Counted from the first letter of the stretch, positions 9,073 through 17,919 are shown. The stretch: DNA of 36,952 bases from Thermoproteota archaeon (GCA_015522685.1 WALU01000004.1:1-36952), one strand, 5' to 3'. Made by a program: numbers and translations. The notes: generated from the letters alone by a model not told the origin.

Positions 9073-9079
9073 CGGTTGA

Positions 9080-9676
9080 ATGATGAACTTATACGAGATA
9101 AGAGAGAAGCTCCTCTCATCTGGGAGAGCAGTCTTCGACCTGAGTCAGCTATCCAATTTGCTCGGGATACCTCGCACCCATGCCAAGGTCTATGCGAGCA
9201 GGCTGATCGAAAGGGGGTGGGCTTGGAGGCCCATGAGAGGGATCATCGCTCTCACTAGCGACGAGTTCGTTATCGCTAGCCAGTTGATCGAGCCATCTTA
9301 TATCTCAATGCATGCTGCCCTCTACTTACTTGAGCTGGTAGACCAGATCCCATCCCAAATTGAGTGCGTTACTACCAAGTATAGCACTGTAGTCTCTGGC
9401 ATAAGATATAGGAAGGCGAGGTCGAGTCTATTCTTTGGGTATAAGAGGATGGAGAAAGCAGGAAGCTACGTTTTCACAGCTCTACCAGAGAAGGCTCTTC
9501 TAGACATGGTGTACTTCGACTATACTCCTCCTAAGTGGATCTTTTCCAAAATTAATCCCTCAGTATTGGAGGATATGTCTAGGGAATACTCTAGGCTGAG
9601 GAACTACAGGGCTAGGAGGGTCGTTAAGTGGGTGAAAGAAATTGCTAAACAGAGAGGAAATCTTGAGGTTAGCTAA
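9080..9676 (+). CDS. abiEi: Type IV TA antitoxin, AbiEi family (wHTH + AbiEi C-terminal domain)
   Basis: PSYISMHAAL..ELVDQIP..IECVTT, LFFGY, PEKALLD; overlaps the downstream nucleotidyltransferase. Confidence 0.88.
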   Translation: MMNLYEIREKLLSSGRAVFDLSQLSNLLGIPRTHAKVYASRLIERGWAWRPMRGIIALTSDEFVIASQLIEPSYISMHAALYLLELVDQIPSQIECVTTKYSTVVSGIRYRKARSSLFFGYKRMEKAGSYVFTALPEKALLDMVYFDYTPPKWIFSKINPSVLEDMSREYSRLRNYRARRVVKWVKEIAKQRGNLEVS

Positions 9677-10382
9677 GGCTAGGAGATTGAAGCCTTGGCA
9701 AGAGGAAAAGAGGTACGTACAAGCGCTAGTGCTCTATGCCATGAGTGACTGGCCCATCGTTCTGAAGGGAGGTACCTATCTCTGGTTCTTTCACGGATTG
9801 AACAGATTCTCAGATGATCTTGACTTCTCCCAGGTGGGGGATCTTAAGGAGGATCCTCGAGATGTGAGCTTCTCTCTTGAACTTTTTGGGTTGAGAAATC
9901 ATGTCAAGATATTGAAGGATGATAAGTACACCCTCACCTTCAGATTGGATGCTTGGGGACCCCTTTCTACCTCTGAGAAGGACCTTTGCCGGGTTCGCGT
10001 CGATATAAGTAGGAGAGAAGATGTTCTCCTGAAACCCGTGCCAGTGAAACTCGACGAGCTGCACTATGGGATTCCCATTGTTTTCCTCAGGGGGACTAAT
10101 CTTAAAGAAGTTCTAGCTGAGAAGATAAGGGCGGCCGCTGTGAGAGGTGCCGCAAGAGATCTTTATGATTCATGGTTCCTTCTTAGAAAGGGAATCAACT
10201 TGAACCAGAGCTTACTGGCAAGAAAACTTGAGTTTTACAGGGTAAGGAATCTATCAGAATTATGCGCAAGGTTACGAGCGATCGAGCCCTCTTGGAAATC
10301 GGAACTTGAACCCATAATCTTCGGTCATCTCCCTAAATTCTCAGAGGCTTATAAGGAGCTAGCATCGGCGCTTAACTGTTGA
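9642..10382 (+). CDS. abiEii: Type IV TA toxin, AbiEii nucleotidyltransferase
   Basis: LKGGTYL...RFSDDLDF, AEKIRA..R..ARDLYD; TTG start preceded by GGTGA. Confidence 0.92.
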   Translation: MLNREEILRLAKARRLKPWQEEKRYVQALVLYAMSDWPIVLKGGTYLWFFHGLNRFSDDLDFSQVGDLKEDPRDVSFSLELFGLRNHVKILKDDKYTLTFRLDAWGPLSTSEKDLCRVRVDISRREDVLLKPVPVKLDELHYGIPIVFLRGTNLKEVLAEKIRAAAVRGAARDLYDSWFLLRKGINLNQSLLARKLEFYRVRNLSELCARLRAIEPSWKSELEPIIFGHLPKFSEAYKELASALNC

Positions 10383-10445
10383 GATCTGTTGGAGATTTGA
10401 AAGAAGGAAACAACAGCAGAGGACACCATGAGGGCAGCTAGAGGT
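10381..10445 (+). pseudogene. Short shard of an ATP-NAD kinase/AcoX-like paralog
   Basis: EI/VGDLKEG/TTAEDTMRAARG aligns with KIVRDLGGREGTTAKDTVRAARD at 14566-14634. Confidence 0.6.
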
Positions 10446-10591
10446 TTCTATTTCAGTTCCTAACAGTATATAGAGCGTAGATAGACGCTGTCGCTCGAGC
10501 TTCCAGCTACTCAGCGTTCAGTTTACTATATAAGAAAGCTAATGATGTAGAAAATGTCTTTTACCTCGAAGTTGGACGAGGAGATAGCTAT

Positions 10592-11347
10592 TTTTACCCC
10601 TTAGATGGTAAGGCAGCTTTAGTTGCTGGAACTTCTTCGGGTATTGGACGAGCGGCCACTATAAAGCGCTCTAGAGCAGGAACAAAGGTTGCCCTCTTCG
10701 ATATAGAGGTTGAGGATGAGTTGAAGGGTCAAGATGAGATAGATGATAGAGCCAAGTTTTACAGGCGCAACATGTTTTTTGAGGAGGATGTCAGAAAAAC
10801 CTTAGAAGTTATTCATAGGAACTTTAGTAGTTAGGATAGATATTATCGTCAATGCTGTAGGCATCATGATTAGGAAAGATGCCGGTAGAAAACGAGCGAG
10901 GAAGGGTGGGATGGGATCATAAGCATGAGTTTTAAAGGATCCCTTCTAGTTTCGAAGCACGCCATATCTTACATGAGAAAAAGTGGTGGTGGAAGCATAG
11001 TGAATATATTGGGATGGAGATTGAAGGGAGGACCTAAGGCGGTAGCCTACCACATCTTAGGGAGAGGGCTAGTTAACATGGCTAGGACGATGGTAGTAGA
11101 TTATGGAAGGAAGGGTATCAGAGTTAACTGTGTAGTTTCTAAGGATGTGGATATCCTAATGCTCAGAGAGGAGGCGAGGCAGCTCGGGATTAGTTTCCAA
11201 GAATTCTTGAAGAAGACTGCAGATAGACAGATAGGGAGAAAGGGGGGACCAGAAGATGTAGCTAATGTTATTCTTTTTCTAGCCAATGAGCTTTCCAGCT
11301 GGATAGCTGGCTTTGTTATTGCAGTCGATAGGGGAGGTTTGGCTTAA
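10592..11347 (+). pseudogene. Frameshifted short-chain dehydrogenase/reductase (SDR)
   Basis: LDGKAALVAGTSSGIGRA (Rossmann motif) from 10601; TAG at 10832; RIDIIVNAVG in the next frame; further shifts near 10885; the C-terminal part is ORF 10925-11347. Catalytic YxxxK has degenerated to YHILG. Confidence 0.9.
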
Positions 11348-11358
11348 GGTGGTGTAAT

Positions 11359-12747
11359 ATGATGGCTTCCTATTCTCATCCTTACATCCCCAACTCCCTA
11401 GATAGGGTAAGGAGGGAGATGTTGAGGTACATAGGAGTTGAGAGTATAGATGAGCTGTACGCCAGCATACCTGAGGATTTGAGGTTCAAGGGAAGGATGA
11501 ATCTTCCAAAGCCTTTTCCCTCAGAGTATGAACTTGTGAGACATGTAAGGGGGATACTCTCCAAGAATAAGAGCTGTGAGGATTACCTCTGTTTCATGGG
11601 AGGAGGTACATGGCCCCATTATATCCCTGTGGTATGCGATGATATAGCTAGGAGATCAGAGTTTCTCACTGCCTACGCTGGCGATCCCTGTGAGGATCAT
11701 GGTAGGTGGCAAGCTCTCTTCGAGTTCCAAAGCTTGATGGCTGAGCTCGTCGATATGGATGTCGTTACAGTCCCGATATATAGTTGGGGACACGCCGCAG
11801 GAACTTCTATGAGAATGGCTTACAGAATAAATGGCCGTCGGAAGATTCTGATACCTTCGACAATTTCCCCTGAGCGGTACCTCGTTGTTAGCAATTACGT
11901 TGACCCAGCCCTAACGCTGGAGAAAGTTGGATATGATGAAGAGACAGGAATGATGGACCTTGATGATCTGGAGGAGAAGATCTCAGACGATGTTGCAGCA
12001 GTCTATTATGAGAATCCATCCTACCTGGGCTTCATAGAAACTAGAGGTAAGAAAATATGCGATATGGCTCATGATGGAGGGGCCTTATGCCTTGTAGGAG
12101 TAGATCCAAGTTCTCTTGGTGCTTTAGAGCCTCCAAGCCATTATGGTGCTGATATAGTTGTTGGAGATCTTCAGCCATTAGGAAATCACATGAATTTTGG
12201 AGGAGGATTGGCTGGTTTCCTAGCAACTAAGGATGAAGTAGAATTCGTTAGGGAGATACCTTACAGGATCTTTGGCCTGACTAAAACTTCTCAAAGGGGA
12301 GAATATGGGTTTGGAGACGTCCTGTTCGAGAGGACATCCTTCGAAAGGAGAGAGAAGGCTAAGGAGTTCGTCGGGACGGCAACAGCCCTTTACGGCATAG
12401 TTGCTGCTGTTTATCTATCTCTAATGGGACCTAGGGGGATTTATGAGCTTGGGAAAACTATACTCCAGAGATCCAAGTATGCTATCCAAGTTTTATCTGA
12501 GATAGAAGGAATTACTGCACCTAGATTCAAGGCTCCTCATTTCAAAGAATTCGTGGTGAGCTTCAATGGTAAGAGCGTTGCTGAGATAAACAGGGAGCTC
12601 CTTAAAGATGGAATTTTTGGCGGCATAGATCTTAGGGATAGCTTCCCAGAGCTCGGCAATTCCTCTCTTTACTGTGTAACTGAGATCCATACGAAGGAGG
12701 ACATAGACAGGCTTGCAAGCTCCCTTGAGAGGATACTAGTGAGGTGA
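11359..12747 (+). CDS. gcvPA: Glycine cleavage P-protein subunit 1-like (divergent)
   Basis: HPYIPNS...MLRYIGVESIDELYASIP, FMGGG..PHYIP, RSEFLTAY, QALFEFQ, YYENPSYLG, ADIVVGDLQPLG, CVTE. Confidence 0.9.
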   Translation: MMASYSHPYIPNSLDRVRREMLRYIGVESIDELYASIPEDLRFKGRMNLPKPFPSEYELVRHVRGILSKNKSCEDYLCFMGGGTWPHYIPVVCDDIARRSEFLTAYAGDPCEDHGRWQALFEFQSLMAELVDMDVVTVPIYSWGHAAGTSMRMAYRINGRRKILIPSTISPERYLVVSNYVDPALTLEKVGYDEETGMMDLDDLEEKISDDVAAVYYENPSYLGFIETRGKKICDMAHDGGALCLVGVDPSSLGALEPPSHYGADIVVGDLQPLGNHMNFGGGLAGFLATKDEVEFVREIPYRIFGLTKTSQRGEYGFGDVLFERTSFERREKAKEFVGTATALYGIVAAVYLSLMGPRGIYELGKTILQRSKYAIQVLSEIEGITAPRFKAPHFKEFVVSFNGKSVAEINRELLKDGIFGGIDLRDSFPELGNSSLYCVTEIHTKEDIDRLASSLERILVR

Positions 12748-12751
12748 TTCA

Positions 12752-14323
12752 ATGGGATTGGCGAAGCTCAGAAGAGATTTTCATGAGGCTAGATGGGAGG
12801 AGCCGATAATATTCGAGCTGAGTAATGAAGGAGAAAGAGGAATAATAACTCCTAAAGATGAGAAGATCGAGAGGATAGTAGGAGATGGCATATCTGAGCT
12901 GCCTAGCAGCATAGTCAGGAAGAAGCTTCCCAATCTCCCGGAGCTATCTCAGAAGAGAGTTCTGATGCATTACCTCAGGCTCTCTCAAGAAATCCTAGGA
13001 GCTGATGTAAACATAGATATAGGGCAGGGAACATGCACTATGAAGTATAGCCCCAAGGTCAACGAGTTACTCGTTCAGTCCCCAAAAGTAAGTGAGATTC
13101 ACCCTTATCAGAGTGAGGAAACAGTGCAGGGAGCTCTGGAAATCATGTATAAACTAGATCTATTCCTAAGGGAGATATCTGGCCTAGATAGATTCGTTTT
13201 CCAGCCTGGAGGAGGATCTCAGGCAATTTTTGCCATAGCATCCATAATCAGGGCCTACTATAAGAGCAGGGGGGAGGAGAGAGATGAGATAATAACGACG
13301 ATCTTCTCACATCCATCAGATGCTGCTGCCCCTGCAGTAAAGGGCTTCAAGGTAATCACAGTATATCCAGATTCTGAAACTGGAATCCCTGATGCCGAAG
13401 CCCTAAGGGGGGCTATTTCCAGCAGAACAGCTGGATTCATAGTAACTAATCCAAAGGATACCGGGATATTCAATCCTAGGATAAAGGAGTTCACCAATAT
13501 AGTCCACAAAGCCGGAGGACTCTGCGCCTACGACCAGGCTAACGCAAATGGAATACTTGGTATAGTTAGAGCCAAGGAATGCGGCTTTGATATAGGATTC
13601 TTTAATCTCCACAAGACTTTTTCATCTCCTCATGGAAGTGGGGGCCCTGCCGTAGGAGCTTTGGGTGTTAAAAAGGAGCTTGAAAACTTCCTCCCAGTCC
13701 CCATAGTTGACTATGATGAATCGAGGGAGATGAGGAGATATTACCTAAATTATAATCTCCCGAGCACCATAGGAAAGGTTAGGGAGTTCTATGGAGTATT
13801 TCCTGTAGTATTGAGAGCATATGCATGGATAATGTCCCTCGGAGAGGGAGGAATTAAGGAAGTAGCAAAGATAGCAGTCTTGAACAATAACTACGTGATG
13901 TATAAGATACTAAGGGAGGTAAGGGATGCTGATATATCATATCCAGCCAATAGGCACAGAATAGAGCAGGTCAGGTATACATGGAAGAATCTCAGAGAGA
14001 AAACTGGAGTGACGACAGAGGATGTCATAAACAGGATGTATGACTTTGGATTTCACCTTCGGACAAGCCACCATCCATGGATAATACCTGAACCATTTAC
14101 AATAGAGCCGACGGAATCCTATTCTAAAGAAGAGCTGGATGAATATATAGAAGGACTGAAGGAAGTGGTTAGAGAGGCTTATGAAGAACCCGAAATGGTC
14201 AAACGTTCTCCTCACAGGAGCTCGATCCACAGAGTTGATACAAGTTGGCTTAATGATCCATCCAAGTGGGCAGTAACATGGAGGCTCTACCTGAGGAAGC
14301 ATAGAAATGGTGATTCTAATTGA
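12752..14323 (+). CDS. gcvPB: Glycine cleavage P-protein subunit 2-like (divergent, PLP lysine retained)
   Basis: LPELS...HYLRLSQ, GTCTMKYSP, HPYQ..ETVQGALE, DQANAN, NLHKTFSSPHGSGGP, IEPTES. Confidence 0.92.
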   Translation: MGLAKLRRDFHEARWEEPIIFELSNEGERGIITPKDEKIERIVGDGISELPSSIVRKKLPNLPELSQKRVLMHYLRLSQEILGADVNIDIGQGTCTMKYSPKVNELLVQSPKVSEIHPYQSEETVQGALEIMYKLDLFLREISGLDRFVFQPGGGSQAIFAIASIIRAYYKSRGEERDEIITTIFSHPSDAAAPAVKGFKVITVYPDSETGIPDAEALRGAISSRTAGFIVTNPKDTGIFNPRIKEFTNIVHKAGGLCAYDQANANGILGIVRAKECGFDIGFFNLHKTFSSPHGSGGPAVGALGVKKELENFLPVPIVDYDESREMRRYYLNYNLPSTIGKVREFYGVFPVVLRAYAWIMSLGEGGIKEVAKIAVLNNNYVMYKILREVRDADISYPANRHRIEQVRYTWKNLREKTGVTTEDVINRMYDFGFHLRTSHHPWIIPEPFTIEPTESYSKEELDEYIEGLKEVVREAYEEPEMVKRSPHRSSIHRVDTSWLNDPSKWAVTWRLYLRKHRNGDSN

Positions 14324-15462
14324 AGATGAAGGTAGGCCTTATCGTAAATCCAATAGCTGGGATGGGAGGAAGGGTCGGTTTAAAGGGAACAGATGGTCCT
14401 GAAATTTTGAAGCGAGCCATAGAGCTTGGTGCAAAGCCGTGGGCAGAGGATAGAGCTTATGAGGCAATGAAGATTCTAAGGAATCTCTTGAACGATTCGA
14501 TCGAGATCTACACCTATCCTAGTAGAATGGGGGAAAACTCCGCTAGGAGAGCTGGTTTCTTCCCCAAGATCGTGAGAGATCTAGGGGGAAGGGAAGGAAC
14601 CACAGCAAAGGATACTGTGAGGGCAGCGAGGGACATTAGAGAGTTGGGAGTAGATCTTCTCCTATTTACGGGAGGGGACGGAACTGCAAGAGACGTCTAC
14701 AGAGCCATAGCTGAGAAGCAGGTCGTCTTAGGAATACCTACAGGGGTTAAGGTTTACTCCTCGGTTTTCGCCGCCAGCCCTAGAGCGGCAGGGGAGCTTG
14801 CAGCTAGGTTTCTCAAGAGGCAAGTGACAGAGGTAGTAGAAGCAGAAGTTCTAGACATAAATGAGGAGGCATTCAGGGAGGGAATCCTATCCGTTAGGCT
14901 CTACGGCTACTTGAAGATTCCATATGATTCTCTCTGCATACCTGGAGGGAAAATCCCCTCAGGCCATTCTGAGAAGTATACTAAGGAAGCAGCAGCTGCT
15001 GAATTCATAGACAACATGGAGGAGGATTGTATCTACATAATAGGCCCAGGAACCACTACAAAGGAAATAATGAAGAAGTTAGAGCTTAATTACACATTGC
15101 TCGGGGTTGATGCAATTCAAGGAGGGAAGCTCGTTGGGAAGGACTTGAATGAAAGGCAGATAATCAATCTGATATCCAGCAGAAAAGCGAAGGTTATAGT
15201 ATCTCCAATAGGAGGACAGGGATACATATTCGGTAGAGGAAATCAGCAGATAAGCCCCAGGGTGCTCAGGATGATCGGCAAGGAGAACATAATTATTATA
15301 GCGACTCCAGGAAAGATAGAATCTCTGAGGGGAAAGCCCATGCTCATCGATACTGGGGATGAGGAGTTGGATAAGGAGCTTAGTAGCTATTATAAGGCGA
15401 TCCTCGGCTACAGAGAGTATATAATGTACAAGGTAATCCCTGGGTATAGAGAACAATATTAG
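14320..15462 (+). CDS. ATP-NAD kinase / AcoX-like protein (COG3199-type)
   Basis: GLIVNPIAGMGG, GGDGTARD, GIPTGVKVYSSVFA, GPGTT, TLLGVD, GRGNQQIS; 4-nt overlap with gcvPB. Confidence 0.9.
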   Translation: MKMKVGLIVNPIAGMGGRVGLKGTDGPEILKRAIELGAKPWAEDRAYEAMKILRNLLNDSIEIYTYPSRMGENSARRAGFFPKIVRDLGGREGTTAKDTVRAARDIRELGVDLLLFTGGDGTARDVYRAIAEKQVVLGIPTGVKVYSSVFAASPRAAGELAARFLKRQVTEVVEAEVLDINEEAFREGILSVRLYGYLKIPYDSLCIPGGKIPSGHSEKYTKEAAAAEFIDNMEEDCIYIIGPGTTTKEIMKKLELNYTLLGVDAIQGGKLVGKDLNERQIINLISSRKAKVIVSPIGGQGYIFGRGNQQISPRVLRMIGKENIIIIATPGKIESLRGKPMLIDTGDEELDKELSSYYKAILGYREYIMYKVIPGYREQY

Positions 15463-15503
15463 TTGCTTAGTTAGCTAGCCTATCTATCTACCTACCTATC
15501 TAT
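15459..15503. repeat. Degenerate tetranucleotide tandem run between convergent genes
   Basis: TTAG TTGC TTAG TTAG CTAG C CTAT CTAT CTAC CTAC CTAT CTAT. Confidence 0.6.
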
Positions 15504-16357
15504 CCGATAGCAGATAGTATCAGGCCTATTGTAATTAAGATTGAACCAGCTACATCCCTAATCGTCACCTTATTACCAGATAGATGAGAGGATAACTGGG
15601 ATGCTGGTGGGCCTATTGCAGTTGCCAAGGCCGTTATCGTTACGCCCTTAACGCTCAGCGCATAGAAGTAGAGAGGCATAGCGACCCCTGTGCCAAGTAA
15701 TCCTCCAAGGAAGGCCTTATTCATCCCTCTTACTCTGTACTTGGGATAGCTCAAGGCCCCGTAAGCCAGCGTGGTTATGAGAGCATTCCATAGTGTCATA
15801 CCAATGGGGGATACATATTCCAAGGCAAATTTAGCTACTATAGGAGCTATAGTGTAGCAAAGAGAGGCAAAGAGACTTAATGAAATACCAGTCAGCTCCC
15901 ATTTACCGCTACCGTAGGAGATTACCCATATGCCAGCTAATGCTAGGATTATCCCCATCGCAATGGGAAGATTAAGTACCTCCCCTAAGACCAGGTTCGA
16001 AAGTATAGCAGTCCAGATTAGATAGGTGAACACGATCGATGTTGCCTTACCTGGACCGATCATCCCTATGGATCTGAGAAAAGAATAATCTCCTAATCCT
16101 GTTCCAAGAGCTGCATTGACTATTATCAGAGCCAGACCTATGAGAGGAAGAAGAGAAATTTCGGTTATATAACTGAGAGGCAAGAGGAAGAGAAGGGCCC
16201 CCAATGACTTCCAGAAGTTGGCTCTTACGGATCCTCCATGTTTGCTCGCCTCCGCATAGAGAGATGGCACGACCCCCCACATAGTGCCGGACGTTATAGC
16301 CGCCAGGAATGCCAGATCCAAAGGAAGCACCTTTTTAGCTTGAGTTAACTTAAACAA
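15500..16357 (-). CDS. DMT/EamA family transporter
   Basis: Ten TM segments in two repeats; true start is probably the TTG at ~16321 after AGGTG. Confidence 0.88.
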   Translation of the reverse strand: MFKLTQAKKVLPLDLAFLAAITSGTMWGVVPSLYAEASKHGGSVRANFWKSLGALLFLLPLSYITEISLLPLIGLALIIVNAALGTGLGDYSFLRSIGMIGPGKATSIVFTYLIWTAILSNLVLGEVLNLPIAMGIILALAGIWVISYGSGKWELTGISLSLFASLCYTIAPIVAKFALEYVSPIGMTLWNALITTLAYGALSYPKYRVRGMNKAFLGGLLGTGVAMPLYFYALSVKGVTITALATAIGPPASQLSSHLSGNKVTIRDVAGSILITIGLILSAIG

Positions 16358-16375
16358 ATTAAATTAAATTAAATT
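16356..16375. repeat. (AAATT)x4 pentanucleotide repeat
   Basis: Four perfect copies; a (TCAAG)x3 run follows at 16434-16448. Confidence 0.8.
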
Positions 16376-16438
16376 GAGTAGTACAGGAGACAGCTTGGAT
16401 TACTTTATCTATTTATCTATCTACCCTATTATATCAAG

Positions 16439-16909
16439 TCAAGTCAAGTCAGGTCTTAAAGCCCAGAGAACGGCCCACTTACCCTCTTCATTCCTCTCTA
16501 GGCAGAATATTCCGCCCATAGTGAACCTCACTACTTCCTTATCCTCTCTCCCGATTATCAACAGACTTGCAAGCTTGCTTAAATGAGGCAGGTGACCAAC
16601 GAGTATCAAGTCCTCCTCCCGCTCTCTAATCTTGCTAGCCCATATACTTGGATCAGCTAAGGGATTTAGTGCCTCAGATTCCTCTAATTTTTCAACTTTA
16701 AGCTCGTTAGCTATTATTTCAGCTGTTTGGCGAGCTCTTAGCTTGCTGCTATGCACTATGCAGCCAACTCTAATGTTTGCCTTGGCGATGAAATCAGCAA
16801 CTCGCTTGACATCCCTAACTCCTCTATCGGTGAGAGGTCTGCTTGGGTCTTCCTCCTTACTCTTAGCCTCACCATGCTGAACCAGATAAAGCCTCATACA
16901 ATTTTCCAC
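16439..16909 (-). CDS. sixA: Phosphohistidine phosphatase SixA
   Basis: LYLVQHGEA, RPLT, HSSKLRARQTA, LVGHLPHL; start is probably the ATG at 16897. Confidence 0.9.
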   Translation of the reverse strand: MENCMRLYLVQHGEAKSKEEDPSRPLTDRGVRDVKRVADFIAKANIRVGCIVHSSKLRARQTAEIIANELKVEKLEESEALNPLADPSIWASKIREREEDLILVGHLPHLSKLASLLIIGREDKEVVRFTMGGIFCLERNEEGKWAVLWALRPDLT

Positions 16910-16994
16910 ATTTACAGCTAATAATGATTGATGGCTGAATATATGCCTACATTATGGAGGGATAGGGGAATAAGTTAGTATAGTACTAGGAGCT

Positions 16995-17801
16995 TTGCCT
17001 ATACATATGAACGCATTGCTATCCCTTGGGCCCGCTGGAATGATTCTAGTTGGCGTCCTTTCCATCGCCATCTGGAGGCTGAAGAGCCATGCTGGAATGA
17101 AGTACTTTCTGGCTGGAGGAGCCGTCTGGGCTGCAGCTATAATACTTAAGCTTCTCTTGGAAGCTACCCTCACACCTAGGCTTCTATGGATCTCCTCTCT
17201 AGGATCAACAGTATTTCTAACAGTTATGGGAGCATATGTAGGGATAAGAACTGGCTTATTTGAATGTGGGCTGATTTACATAACTTTCATCAAAAGTGAG
17301 CTGAGAAACATGTCCTTCGATGAAGCTGTAGCATTTGGAATAGGATTTGGGGCTTCTGAAGCCATCTTGCTTGGTATTCAATCCCTAATACAAATTTTAA
17401 TGTTCACTCTCAACCCGGAACTCCTTTACCTGATACCTGAGTCCCAGAGGAGGATCGCGGAGGCCAGCCTTAGCATGCCGACGTGGGTGGTCGCAGCTCC
17501 AGCAATAGAGAGGACCTTCACCCTTTTCTCACATATCTTCGCTGCTCTGCTAATCTCAGTTTCTGTGGCTCAAAGCAGGCCTAGCTTCTTTCTACTCTCC
17601 TTCGCCTACAAGAGCCTCCTAGATGCCCTAGTGCCATACATTCAAGTGACATTCAAACCGAACATCTCACCCATCGGAGCTTATGAGGCGGAGATCTGGA
17701 TCATCTTCATGGGATCCATAGCCCTTCTTGGAATTGCTTGGGTGAGGAGATATTCCCATCCACTCATGTCTTCTAATGAGCCTAATCGACAATTTGAATG
17801 A
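16995..17801 (+). CDS. YhfC-family (PrsW-like) intramembrane metalloprotease homolog
   Basis: GLFEC, AFGIGFGASEA, ERTFTLFSH; about 8 TM segments. Confidence 0.75.
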   Translation: MPIHMNALLSLGPAGMILVGVLSIAIWRLKSHAGMKYFLAGGAVWAAAIILKLLLEATLTPRLLWISSLGSTVFLTVMGAYVGIRTGLFECGLIYITFIKSELRNMSFDEAVAFGIGFGASEAILLGIQSLIQILMFTLNPELLYLIPESQRRIAEASLSMPTWVVAAPAIERTFTLFSHIFAALLISVSVAQSRPSFFLLSFAYKSLLDALVPYIQVTFKPNISPIGAYEAEIWIIFMGSIALLGIAWVRRYSHPLMSSNEPNRQFE

Positions 17802-17919
17802 TTAGAATTATACTCTAGAGTATCTTACTTTAGGGTATTATTCATTTGCCATCAGAGAAGGGCTAAAAACTAAGGAGAGTCTTAAGAATGCTTAATATCT
17901 AAGCCATCTAAGTTTAACT

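Noticed and set aside
10832-10834. Pyrrolysine-type readthrough of the TAG in the SDR gene
   Set aside because: SDR similarity continues in a different frame, so this is a frameshift; the catalytic lysine is also lost.
17810-17823. 14-bp palindrome ATACTCTAGAGTAT after yhfC
   Set aside because: Single, AT-rich and not positioned at a promoter; no functional link evident.
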